Positions 1-8,273 of a stretch of DNA of 26,944 nt are shown here, one piece after another. The DNA comes from a virus (Duplodnaviria; Caudoviricetes): the IMG/VR virus record IMGVR_UViG_3300048849_000085, positions 1 to 26,944 of that record; one strand, 5' to 3'. The stretch's first letter is position 1; every line of letters starts with the position of its first letter. The position numbers and the translations under genes are program-made. A model generated the notes under the pieces. That model had not been told where the DNA came from and made no database searches. It was given only the letters and a program-made list of their open reading frames with translations.

Positions 1-83
1 GGCTAGAGCACACGAATTGGCGCGTAATTTCCCGTCATATAGGGCTTCCATTTGCATCTCCCGCAAGTTACTGAAATCCCTCA

Positions 84-127
84 ATGCGGACGTGGCGAAA
101 CTGGTAGACGCAAGGGACTTAAAATCC
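84..127 (+). repeat. Left att site (44-bp direct repeat, 5' half of tRNA-Leu)
   Basis: ATGCGGACGTGGCGAAACTGGTAGACGCAAGGGACTTAAAATCC is identical to 26818-26861; flanking bases differ on both sides. Confidence 0.96.
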
Positions 128-220
128 ATTAGAAAGCCCGCATTTCAGGCGTTTCGATTGCAAAACGTCTCAGCATTTTCATCTGAAATCGATAGAACAA
201 AATGAGATTTGCAAAACGCT

Positions 221-1294
221 TTAGCGGCGTTTCCTAGCCTCAAAAGCCCTAATCACCTTGGCCTCGTTTTCAACGTGCCGGGTGTAATGCGCTCCCATCC
301 TCTCCGACTTGTCGCCTAACGCCGCGGCAACATCCCCTGTCTCTGCCCCATGTCTCCTCAGATCGGCTGCGTAGCTCGTCCGCAGGCCGTGCAAGGTGGT
401 CCCTGCACCTATGTGGCCATCCCGCTCAAGGTCTCGCAGATAGTGGCTAACAGCCGTCTGCATCTGCTTCTCGTCGTCCCACGGCTTGCCGTCCTGGCGG
501 GTGGCTATTTCCATCGCGGTGCGATCAAGCGCGTCGATATGCGCCTGCAGCTCTTCCGTCGCCGGGATCATCACGTTCTCTTGGTTCTTCTTCGTGACTT
601 TCCGGAAGCACTTGAAGCCGTGGACGGGGTGAGGGGCGTAGTCATTCCATCGGAGCTTGACGATCGTCTGCCCGCGATAACCGGCGTGTCGGGCAATCAT
701 CATAGGGGTGAGGAGGTAGCGCGGCGCATTGATTCGCACATAGTCCCACTCGTGCGGGAACCATTCACGGTTTGCGTTCGGATCTGATGAATGCGCCTTA
801 TCGATGCCAAGGGCAGGGTTGATCTTCATCTTCTGCCGCTTCACCGCCTGGGTGAACATCGAAGACATGGCAGAGATCATCTTGTCAGCGAAACGCGGCC
901 ATTTTTCTTTCGCGCACTTGTCTCGCAGTTCATAAAGGTCAGCGGTCGTGATTTCGTCTAAGGGCGTGTCGAAAACATGCCGAAGATGAACGAAGGCGGC
1001 GGTGTAGTCTTTTTTGGTCGCATCCGAAAGCTTCAGGTAGCTGGGGCAATCTTTTTCAAACCACTCGACCAGGTAACCGAGCGTGCCTTCCCCATGACGT
1101 TCTACTTTCTTGCTCGGCCGACGTGAGTTCCACTTGGCAACAAACGTCTTCTCGTCAATGAGTTTTTCGATGTCACGGCGAGTCCCGCCTTCTATCGGGC
1201 CAAGAAGGCGCTCTCCAGTGGCACGCACATAAACGTACCACTTGCCACGGGCCTTTATTATGTTAAGCCCTGTGACCTTCACCGTGACCACCAT
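221..1294 (-). CDS. int: Tyrosine recombinase / phage integrase
   Basis: GYR catalytic Arg, HGLR box, C-terminal HYT Tyr; adjacent to att; likely start MVVTVKV at 1294 (ORF open to 1330). Confidence 0.95.
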   Translation of the reverse strand: MVVTVKVTGLNIIKARGKWYVYVRATGERLLGPIEGGTRRDIEKLIDEKTFVAKWNSRRPSKKVERHGEGTLGYLVEWFEKDCPSYLKLSDATKKDYTAAFVHLRHVFDTPLDEITTADLYELRDKCAKEKWPRFADKMISAMSSMFTQAVKRQKMKINPALGIDKAHSSDPNANREWFPHEWDYVRINAPRYLLTPMMIARHAGYRGQTIVKLRWNDYAPHPVHGFKCFRKVTKKNQENVMIPATEELQAHIDALDRTAMEIATRQDGKPWDDEKQMQTAVSHYLRDLERDGHIGAGTTLHGLRTSYAADLRRHGAETGDVAAALGDKSERMGAHYTRHVENEAKVIRAFEARKRR

Positions 1295-1526
1295 ATAGCC
1301 GCTCCGCCATGCTCTTGCGTGGGGCGGCATTCTGCTTGTTTGGATCGATTGATGCTAGCCACTCATCGAGGCGTTGGCGCAGATAGCGCTCGCCCCTCGT
1401 CGAGTCGGTGTAGCGCAGCGGCTTCACCGGGCAGACCTTCTTGAACGTCTCTGCGCAGCATCCGCAGTAGGCTGATGCCGTCTTGAGGTCCATCGCGGCT
1501 GGCCAGTAGGGCATGAGGTCCGTCAT
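1263..1526 (-). CDS. Putative excisionase / recombination directionality factor
   Basis: 87 aa, overlaps the int start, HTH-like 'AMDLKTASAYCG...TFKK' and 'RYLRQRLDEWL' pattern. Confidence 0.7.
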   Translation of the reverse strand: MTDLMPYWPAAMDLKTASAYCGCCAETFKKVCPVKPLRYTDSTRGERYLRQRLDEWLASIDPNKQNAAPRKSMAERLYGGHGEGHRA

Positions 1527-1795
1527 CGGCCATCCCCGCTATTTGAGTTATCCACAGGGGGCTTATCCACAGGCTCGGACCCCATCGCCTTCGGTGCGGG
1601 TGATGGGGGTGCGGCCTCAAGCATAGACTTGACCTTCTGCGAGTATCGGTCAAACGCCCTTTGTTTCGCAACTTCAACCATTCGCTCATTCGAGCGAACT
1701 TCGTAGACCCCGACCGGTGTTCTGGCCCGCAGCCATCTACCGCCTTCTGACGCCACCCACTCCAGCGGCTTCACTTTAATGCTTTCGATGGTCAT
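1523..1795 (-). CDS. Phage hypothetical protein
   Basis: ATGA-coupled to neighbours, AGGAGG RBS. Confidence 0.7.
   Translation of the reverse strand: MTIESIKVKPLEWVASEGGRWLRARTPVGVYEVRSNERMVEVAKQRAFDRYSQKVKSMLEAAPPSPAPKAMGSEPVDKPPVDNSNSGDGR
1548..1571 (+). promoter_or_regulatory. Two consensus DnaA boxes (TTATCCACA) at 1548-1556 and 1563-1571
   Basis: Exact matches to the DnaA-box 9-mer in direct repeat, starts 15 bp apart; binding not demonstrated. Confidence 0.65.
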
Positions 1796-1971
1796 GGCTG
1801 CCTCCTAGCCTCGTCCAAAAGACGGTCTGCCTCTTCTGTGGGCACATACCTCATGTCGGCTGTGCAATCTCTCGGGTTGCCCGGGCGGGACAGAGGTCTG
1901 TATTTCCCAATTCCGAGCCACATCCCACAACGAGGGCATTGCAACAACTCGTCGGTCACCTGTTTCTTCAT
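1792..1971 (-). CDS. Small hypothetical protein, 59 aa, CxxC (MKKQVTDELLQCPRCG...)
   Basis: Not in the ORF track; translated by hand; ATGA overlaps with both neighbours. Confidence 0.65.
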   Translation of the reverse strand: MKKQVTDELLQCPRCGMWLGIGKYRPLSRPGNPRDCTADMRYVPTEEADRLLDEARRQP

Positions 1972-2384
1972 GCTTGCTCCTCTCTGTAGAGCTGGCGGGG
2001 CTGCAGCGGTGGAAGGAAGTCCTTCGGCTGGCGGTGGGCTGTTTTCTCTGGCTGAGGGAAGCAGGCGCTGCGGATGGGCTTGGCCTTCGCCTTTGGGATT
2101 CCGAGGTGCTTGGCTTCACGCCGCTTGGCCTCTGCGATCACCGCTACATCGTTGACCGTTTTCGGTTTATGGCAGCAATCGACACCCAAGAGCTTCCCAT
2201 CGTCGACCGTCAGCTTCCGCGTCTTGTCGATCTGAAGAGCGTCGGCAATGGTGTGATCAACGTGGTACGGCTTCTTGCCGAGCACGAGGCCGCATCCTTC
2301 GCAGGCTATCTCGCCGTTCGGCAGCATCGCGCGCTTCACTATCAGGGCATAGACGGGTTTGGTGAACTCGCGGCGCTTGCTCAT
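1968..2384 (-). CDS. HNH-fold endonuclease-like protein
   Basis: CEGC...HVDH...CCHKPKT zinc/HNH pattern. Confidence 0.75.
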   Translation of the reverse strand: MSKRREFTKPVYALIVKRAMLPNGEIACEGCGLVLGKKPYHVDHTIADALQIDKTRKLTVDDGKLLGVDCCHKPKTVNDVAVIAEAKRREAKHLGIPKAKAKPIRSACFPQPEKTAHRQPKDFLPPLQPRQLYREEQA

Positions 2385-2626
2385 AGGCTACTCGCGATCT
2401 TATCGGCTTGAGCTGCAAGAGCCTCGAGCTGTGCGGATATCTCGGCACGGCTCTGCCGCCCGGGACCGGGAACCGGATCTGCTATAGGTGCAGCAAGACG
2501 TTCGTCGTTGGCGCTGACCATTTCCACACCCCATTTCGAGGCGAAGTGCGGACGCTTTGCTTCGAGGACAGGGGCGAAGGGATCGGGCTTGCCCCTGGTA
2601 TGGGCTTTGACTGGTGTCACGGTCAT
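2381..2626 (-). CDS. Phage hypothetical protein
   Basis: Start MTVTPVK is ATGA-coupled to the upstream gene. Confidence 0.65.
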   Translation of the reverse strand: MTVTPVKAHTRGKPDPFAPVLEAKRPHFASKWGVEMVSANDERLAAPIADPVPGPGRQSRAEISAQLEALAAQADKIASSL

Positions 2627-2985
2627 TCGCTCCACTCCCATTGATGTAGGTAGCCAATGAAATAATCCGTGCCATACCTGTCAGCGAACCATCGGTGCAT
2701 AGCTGCGTAATCGGCAAAGCCGTCGAGGCGGGCGAACTCGTCCTTGTCGCGCGGCAAGCGACTGGCATTGCCAAGCGTCACCGTGTCGGGGCGGATCGCG
2801 CAATACATGACTATCGTGCAGATGGGATCGACGTCCGAAAGCTTGCGGCAATCGGAGGTGCGCTGGCCAGTATATAGCTGGATGCGGGCGCCTTCATTGG
2901 CGCGGCGCGTCTGGCGGATGGTTTGACGCTTCTCACGGCGCTCAACGGGGCCGGCGAACTCGACTGCGAAGTTGAAGGCCACCAT
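2623..2985 (-). CDS. ASCH/PUA-like domain protein
   Basis: 'F...VERREKRQTIR', 'QLYTGQR' and 'FARLDGF' motifs; TAATG coupling at 2985. Confidence 0.65.
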   Translation of the reverse strand: MVAFNFAVEFAGPVERREKRQTIRQTRRANEGARIQLYTGQRTSDCRKLSDVDPICTIVMYCAIRPDTVTLGNASRLPRDKDEFARLDGFADYAAMHRWFADRYGTDYFIGYLHQWEWSE

Positions 2986-3341
2986 TATGCAGACCTCCGA
3001 TCGCGGTAGTCCCGCCACCTGAGGTATTCCATGAAGGTCATGGAGCCGTCGTAGGCAAGGTAGTCCAGATAACGCTGTTTGCTGCGCGAGACCTTCGGCG
3101 GGGCTTGGCTTTCGGCCACGGCGGCGCGCTTTCCCTGTTCGGTGACGGCAAAGCAATCACTGCCGCCGAACATCTCGACGGCCGGGAACCGCTTCATGTA
3201 TCCGATTTCGACAAGTTCCATGCATAGCGGATGGTCGATAGAGCCTTCGCCGGTGACGAAACGGTTGCGGTAGAAGGTGCCTCGGCCGTACCCATCGAGA
3301 CCAAGTGAGTGCTGGAGGATATGGAGAAGCTTCGGGTTCAT
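2985..3341 (-). CDS. Phage hypothetical protein (MNPKLLHILQHSLG...)
   Basis: GGAGG RBS, coupled operon position; real start is within the longer listed ORF. Confidence 0.7.
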   Translation of the reverse strand: MNPKLLHILQHSLGLDGYGRGTFYRNRFVTGEGSIDHPLCMELVEIGYMKRFPAVEMFGGSDCFAVTEQGKRAAVAESQAPPKVSRSKQRYLDYLAYDGSMTFMEYLRWRDYRDRRSA

Positions 3342-3390
3342 GCTGCTTGCCTCCGGTGCTTCAGGTCTTCTGGATTGGTGAGGATGAGGG

Positions 3391-3732
3391 TCACGATGCG
3401 ATCCTCCCCATAGCGCGGAAGTTGCTTTGACATGTGCGCCAAGCCTCAATGACGGCCTCGCATTTGCTGCGAGTGCTGCGATATTCCTCGTCAGCCTCGA
3501 CAGCCGCATAATAGGCCTCGCAAGCGATCTGGTATTCTTCGGAAACGAGAGCCTTTGCTTCGCGCTCGGCAACACTGCCGGTCTGGCTTAGAAAAACTTT
3601 GGCCCTGGCTGCCTTGCGCTGATCGTCCCGGCGTTCGCGCATCGCCTTTGCGGCGGCTGCGGGCTGCGCTTGGATCTCGAGAGTATCGAAGGCTGCATGA
3701 ACCGTCTCGTCACGGATGATGAAGGTCGCCAT
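3391..3732 (-). CDS. Phage hypothetical helical protein
   Basis: 113 aa ORF directly downstream of the YqaJ-like gene. Confidence 0.7.
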   Translation of the reverse strand: MATFIIRDETVHAAFDTLEIQAQPAAAAKAMRERRDDQRKAARAKVFLSQTGSVAEREAKALVSEEYQIACEAYYAAVEADEEYRSTRSKCEAVIEAWRTCQSNFRAMGRIAS

Positions 3733-3734
3733 GG

Positions 3735-4350
3735 TTAACCCGCCATCAGCGGATGCTGCCGGAGCGCATCCACCTCGTTCTGGTTGACTGCCGCCGGCGG
3801 CGCGCCATACCCTCGGATCTTGTCGACGATCTCGGCCAGCTCTTCATTGAACTGCTTCACGGCCGTCGAGATCGTGGCGATATATGCCTCGTCTCGATAA
3901 GCCCGCTTGACGAACAGCGGCAGCTTTGGCCAGTAGACGACAATGTCGATCCATTCGCGCTCGGCAACCCATAGAGCGCCTTGGCACTGTGCCTTGTGCT
4001 CGGGCGGGAAGTCGTCGCGCATCAGGCATTCAATGAGCAGGTGAGGGAGCTTTGACTTCGCCTCGAACATCCCCCGGTCCCCGATCAGGCCGTCCGGACT
4101 TGCGCCCTTGTCGCCGTTGCGCAGGAAGCCGACGCTCTGGATCTCTGCATCGCAGATGAAAGAATACCGTTCGCGAGCCTCGCCCTCCATGACGTGGCCA
4201 CGCTCCATGTGGTCGTTCTTGTACCCTTCGACCGATTCACCGGTGATGACTTCGCCGGCAAGCTTGTAGAGATAGGTCTTGCGGGTCTTGCTCTCGCCAC
4301 CGCTGCGGCCAGACGCCATGACGGTATGGAACTCGGAAGCCGTTGGGATG
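3735..4350 (-). pseudogene. 5'-truncated YqaJ/lambda-exonuclease family gene
   Basis: TASEF, RGHVME, GASPDG, EAK and AQCQ motifs present; the usual N-terminal W-x3-R segment and an ATG/RBS are absent. Confidence 0.8.
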
Positions 4351-5022
4351 AAGTCAGAAACATTCCGCAAGCTAGCGGCTCTTGGGCTTTCTCATGAACA
4401 GATGGCTGGCGTCCTTGAAGCATTCGAGGGCGAGATGTCGGTTCGGGATGATGCCGACGAAGATCGCCGCGCAAAAGGCCGCGAACGCTGGCGCAAGTGG
4501 AAGGAAAACAAGGGGTCTAACGTTAGCAAACGTGAGCAAACGTTAGCTAACAACTCATGCGGGGGCGATACGCGCGGAGATGTAAAACAAAATAACTTAG
4601 AGATCCCCAATTCTAAAAAAGAAGAAAAGGCGGACAAGCCGCTTTCTGATCTTTCGGCATTCAAAGCCGAACTGTCTCCGCTGCTGAGCGCGGAGCGAGT
4701 GACCTCGATCGTCGATCAGCGCCGCAAGAAGAAAGCGCCGATCAACGCGAACACCGGGCGGTTGCTGGCCAAGGCGATCCAGAAGTGCCCGGACGCCGAC
4801 GAGGCCGTCGACGAAATGATCCTCCGCAACTGGACGACCGTGAAGCCCGAATGGCTATCGACAGGTAACCAGCGCGGCCAACCACCTCCCAAGCCGAAGA
4901 GCGAATTCATGCAGACGCAGCATGACATCCGAGAGCAGCTTCGAAGAGAAAATGGTGAGCATCATGACGAATTTGCCGGCAACACTATCGAACTTACAGA
5001 ACGAGATTTCCGTCATCATTGA
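4348..5022 (+). CDS. Putative phage replication initiator (lambda O position)
   Basis: Internal tandem repeats plus A-rich tract, 'RERWRKWK' motif, first gene of the rightward operon. Confidence 0.6.
   Translation: MKSETFRKLAALGLSHEQMAGVLEAFEGEMSVRDDADEDRRAKGRERWRKWKENKGSNVSKREQTLANNSCGGDTRGDVKQNNLEIPNSKKEEKADKPLSDLSAFKAELSPLLSAERVTSIVDQRRKKKAPINANTGRLLAKAIQKCPDADEAVDEMILRNWTTVKPEWLSTGNQRGQPPPKPKSEFMQTQHDIREQLRRENGEHHDEFAGNTIELTERDFRHH
4519..4551 (+). repeat. Three 10-bp tandem repeats, probable ori iterons
   Basis: AACGTTAGCA / AACGTGAGCA / AACGTTAGCT + AAC; A-rich tract at 4581-4630. Confidence 0.65.
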
Positions 5023-5587
5023 AAAGCTGGCGCCTTGCGGTGGCGAGGAAGTAGGGCGGTGCCTGGCCTCCCTGATGGACGCGGGCATGATGATCCCGGC
5101 CTCGATCCAGGCAGAGGACAAAGTCGAGGAATACCGGATTGCGCTGAAGGGCGTTCCGCTCCACGGCCTCCGGACCGTCTTCGTCAAGCTGAAGCGCGGT
5201 GAGTATGACATCGAGAACCGCTCGTTCATTCCGCTTCCGTCTGAGATGGCTGCGATGTCGCATGCTGAATGCCGATCGCTCCGGGATGACCGCGCCCGGG
5301 CCAACGAGCGTCTTAGGACGATTTCGGATAACCGAAAGATGCCGCCGCGCGCGCCGACACCACTCCTCAAGGATTTGCGGGTGACCCAGCGCCTTCGGGC
5401 CGACGAGCTGCAGGGCCAAGGCTATGCCTTCCTCTGCGAGTGCAAGGGCCATGACGCATTCGCCTCCATGGCAAAGAAGCGGCAGATCCCCCCCGGCGCA
5501 ATCCACCTTTGGGCAATCGACGAGGTATGGGCGCCGAAGCGGGCTGTCGTTAGCCAGTCGATCGAGGAGCAAGCTGATGCAGCCTAA
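4964..5587 (+). CDS. Hypothetical protein, possible helicase-loader position
   Basis: Overlaps the rep 3' end; 'FIPLPSEMA' resembles FxPxxAE motifs of phage P-like proteins. Confidence 0.55.
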   Translation: MTNLPATLSNLQNEISVIIEKLAPCGGEEVGRCLASLMDAGMMIPASIQAEDKVEEYRIALKGVPLHGLRTVFVKLKRGEYDIENRSFIPLPSEMAAMSHAECRSLRDDRARANERLRTISDNRKMPPRAPTPLLKDLRVTQRLRADELQGQGYAFLCECKGHDAFASMAKKRQIPPGAIHLWAIDEVWAPKRAVVSQSIEEQADAA

Positions 5588-5786
5588 TTGCCCCCTCACG
5601 CCCCGGCAGGTGACCATAGTCCAGGCGCTGGCCGATGGCCGGGACCGGAAGTCGATCGCTTATTCTCTTGGGTTGAGCGAGCCGATGATCACCTACGAAA
5701 TCCGCCATGCTGCCGAACTGGCTAAGGTCAGGCGATCGGCTGCCGCTTTGGTGGCCAAGGCACTGAGAGCGGGGTGGATGCAGTGA
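5577..5786 (+). CDS. LuxR-type HTH small regulator
   Basis: 'LTPRQVTIVQALADG...KSIAYSLGLSEPMI...ALVAKALRAGW'; GAGGAG RBS. Confidence 0.8.
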   Translation: MQPNCPLTPRQVTIVQALADGRDRKSIAYSLGLSEPMITYEIRHAAELAKVRRSAAALVAKALRAGWMQ

Positions 5787-6238
5787 GCTACCGTTCCGTA
5801 GACTTCGATGCTGTCACGCCTCTGATGCCCTTCGACAAGACAGCGAGCATGGTCACCAGCCGCGGCGAGCATTTTGAGTGGGCACCGCCGCAGAATGTCA
5901 TCCACTCCGAAACCCCGATCCGGCTCCGGCCGGCAACGCCTCGCGAAGTGCTTGATCCTGGCTATGTCGATCTGACTGGCACCAAGGTCGGTCGCCTGTC
6001 CGTCATGGGCATAGCGGCCTTCTCCGGTCAGGAAAAGCGGCGCTGGGTGGTTCGCTGCCAGTGCGGAGACTATGAGATCCGCAGGGCCAAGTTCATCAAG
6101 GCATGCCTGCGCGGTGATCAGCGAGACAAGGCGACGTGCTTCGAGTGCGGCTACACCCGCAAGCTTCAGCAAGGCTACCACAACCCGAAGAAGGCGGCAG
6201 CAGCTGAAGAGGCCATACAGGAGCTTGCGGCAAGATGA
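5774..6238 (+). CDS. Hypothetical Cys-containing protein
   Basis: 'DLTGTKVGRLSV...WVVRCQCG' and CxxC motif. Confidence 0.7.
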   Translation: MDAVSYRSVDFDAVTPLMPFDKTASMVTSRGEHFEWAPPQNVIHSETPIRLRPATPREVLDPGYVDLTGTKVGRLSVMGIAAFSGQEKRRWVVRCQCGDYEIRRAKFIKACLRGDQRDKATCFECGYTRKLQQGYHNPKKAAAAEEAIQELAAR

Positions 6239-6573
6239 GATGGGATGTCCTGGCTATCTGGCTTCTCCCAGCGTTTTGCGAGGATCTGACTGCGGCGGCG
6301 CGGTCGAGCGACGACCTCACCACTGCAGGGCAGAACATCATCACCGCCTTCGTCTGGCTAATCATCGTGGGGCTTTGGGTTCTGGCCGTTGCATCGTTCG
6401 CCCGTCGCGAAAGCAAGGCGGCAAAAGCGGCGGTTATTTCAAATGGCATCCTCGCGAACTTGAACGGCGACGAATACCTGATGGTCCCTGCAGACTTATC
6501 AATGCAGGAGGAAGTCCGGAAAGAAAATCGCAGATCTAGGCAGATCGAGCGTCTGAAGCAATCAGCAGAATAA
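6235..6573 (+). CDS. Hypothetical membrane protein
   Basis: ATGA coupling; hydrophobic segment IITAFVWLIIVGLWVLAVASF. Confidence 0.6.
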   Translation: MRWDVLAIWLLPAFCEDLTAAARSSDDLTTAGQNIITAFVWLIIVGLWVLAVASFARRESKAAKAAVISNGILANLNGDEYLMVPADLSMQEEVRKENRRSRQIERLKQSAE

Positions 6574-6608
6574 TCCGAGCGGCGGCTCGAAAAGGCGAGG
6601 GAAAGAGA

Positions 6609-7223
6609 ATGGCGGAACAGTGGTACACGATACGGACGACGCCCGGCGCACAACGGTCGGCCAGAGCCGGCGAGGGTTCCGAGCTGATGGAAAGCATCAT
6701 CGAGCGGAACCTTCGCAACGAGGGGTTCAAAGTCTTCATGCCAACGGTTCACTATGAGGCCCGGCACCACCGCACCAAGAAGTGGGTTGAGCGCCGAATC
6801 CCTCTGCTCGTCGGCTATGCCTTCGTCGACATAGGCGGCAGGCATTTCGAAGACGTGCGCCAGGTTGAGGGGGTTATGTGCTTCCTCCGCAAGAGCCGGA
6901 CGTCAGGTCCATACCAGATGCCCAACCATGAGATCGGCAAGCTTCTGGCGATCGAGGAAGAAAACCGCGGCATCATCGTCAAGCAACGGGCCAAACGCGA
7001 GGCGCGGGAACGGCGGGGCCTCAACCAGACGACGCGCAAGGAGCGTGAGGAAAAGATGCCGGCCGGCACGCTCGCCACCATCTGCGGCAAGAACCCGTTC
7101 TCTGGTCTCATTGCTAAGGTCATTGGCCCGTCATCCCGGGGTAAAGTCAAAGCCGTAATCGAAACACTTGACAACCTGTTGGAATTGGACATTCCGCTTG
7201 AAAATCTCGAGGCTGTGGCATAG
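6609..7223 (+). CDS. NusG-family transcription antiterminator (phage paralog, Q position)
   Basis: NGN motifs 'WYTIRTTPG' and 'PLLVGYAFV'; KOW-like 'NPFSGLIAKV'. Confidence 0.9.
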   Translation: MAEQWYTIRTTPGAQRSARAGEGSELMESIIERNLRNEGFKVFMPTVHYEARHHRTKKWVERRIPLLVGYAFVDIGGRHFEDVRQVEGVMCFLRKSRTSGPYQMPNHEIGKLLAIEEENRGIIVKQRAKREARERRGLNQTTRKEREEKMPAGTLATICGKNPFSGLIAKVIGPSSRGKVKAVIETLDNLLELDIPLENLEAVA

Positions 7224-7226
7224 ATT
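7198..7226 (+). promoter_or_regulatory. Putative late promoter (pR'-like)
   Basis: TTGAAA (7198-7203), 17-nt spacer, TAGATT (7221-7226), overlapping the antiterminator stop codon. Confidence 0.6.
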
Positions 7227-7380
7227 GCCGTTACTGATTTGCCGCATGTTCCATCGGGGCTCTCAATGTCGTCCGAGGTGCGCGCCACTTAAGCCGCTTG
7301 ACGCGGTGTTTGGCGCGTGCGGTTTTCTCCTCAAGTTTTAGCCGCATAAAGAGCGGCAGGGCGGAAACACAAGGACCAAG

Positions 7381-7965
7381 ATGGCTAATCGTACTTGTTC
7401 CGTAGCAAGGTGCAGGAGGAGAGTTTCGGGGCGGGATCTCTGTGCTTCTCACCTCCGCCGGAAGGAATTATACGGTTGCCCGACCTCTCCCGTAGAAAGA
7501 GCGGTTCCTGGTGAGCTTGTTGGCTACCTTCTTGGGACGGCTGTACCGCACAAGGGGGATGACTGTCTCATGTGGCCTTACGGCACGGATAGTGCAGGCT
7601 ACGGGAAACTATGCCTTGGCGGCAAGACCGTCCGGGCGCATCGATTTGTCTGTGAGGCTATTCATGGACCAGCCCCAACCGCAAGGCATCATGCTGCGCA
7701 TAGTTGTGGGAATGGTGATAAGGGTTGTTTGTCGCCTAGGCATCTATCCTGGAAAACGCCGAAGCAGAACCAAGCTGACAGGCTTGTGCATGGCACCGAT
7801 AACCGCGGCGAAAAGAACGGTAATGCGCTTCTTACCGCGGAGAAAGTACGAGAGATACGCTCATTAAGGCGGAAGATTTCAAACACGGTTTTAGCTGAAC
7901 TGTTTGGCGTATCGAGGACCACAATTTCTCACGTCCATACCCGGAAAGTATGGGCTTCCGTGTAA
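7381..7965 (+). CDS. HNH endonuclease (homing type) with C-terminal HTH
   Basis: 'CLMWP..GYG..RAHR..AAHSCGN..CLSPRHLSW.T..QNQAD'; C-terminal 'LAELFGVSRTTISH'. Confidence 0.9.
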   Translation: MANRTCSVARCRRRVSGRDLCASHLRRKELYGCPTSPVERAVPGELVGYLLGTAVPHKGDDCLMWPYGTDSAGYGKLCLGGKTVRAHRFVCEAIHGPAPTARHHAAHSCGNGDKGCLSPRHLSWKTPKQNQADRLVHGTDNRGEKNGNALLTAEKVREIRSLRRKISNTVLAELFGVSRTTISHVHTRKVWASV

Positions 7966-7972
7966 AGCCCAA

Positions 7973-8273
7973 CCAATCGGGAAGGTGCCAGGGAACTGGA
8001 CGCAACTGGTTAAATGCTGCGCCAGAATAGCAGCACGGCCTTCCTGACAAAGCTGACGGCCAGCTTATAGCCGTAGTCGGGTAACGGGTCTGGGGAAGTC
8101 CTCGTAGACAGACGCCGCGCAAGCGGGCCGACTAGGGCAGCAATCGTTCGGGAGCGCGTTGCGCGTGAGGCTCGAAAGAGCTTCCCCGGCGTCCAATCGG
8201 GAAGGCGCTGGTAGCCCGGCGAAAGGATAAGCGGTCGGGGTTCGTGCCTGGTCGCCTCTGTCGTTCCTTCCCG
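7973..8273 (+). ncRNA. Candidate structured non-coding RNA, family not recognised
   Basis: No credible ORF; repeated CCAATCGGGAAGG, three GNRA-capped hairpins, nested stems, two possible pseudoknots. Confidence 0.6.

Noticed and set aside
86-127. Second tRNA-Leu gene at the left end
   Set aside because: Only the 5' 42 nt are present; no T arm or acceptor 3' strand. It is the att copy
17-205. 62-aa ORF across the left att site
   Set aside because: TTG start, spans the tRNA fragment and arm-like sites; probably spurious
7381-7965. IscB/Cas9-like RNA-guided nuclease
   Set aside because: 194 aa with no RuvC or PLMP motifs; matches ordinary phage HNH homing endonuclease architecture
7978-8012. 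Cobalamin riboswitch (GGGAAGG, GGGAA, CGCAACTG words)
   Set aside because: Words are out of order and the rest of the consensus is absent; cmscan would settle it
7973-8205. CRISPR-like repeats
   Set aside because: Only two 13-bp copies 220 bp apart, and no cas genes in the window
8204-8256. Phage tRNA (GGCG...TAGC...GGTTCG...CGCC)
   Set aside because: Too short, with no valid anticodon or T stem; at most a degenerate tRNA-like fold
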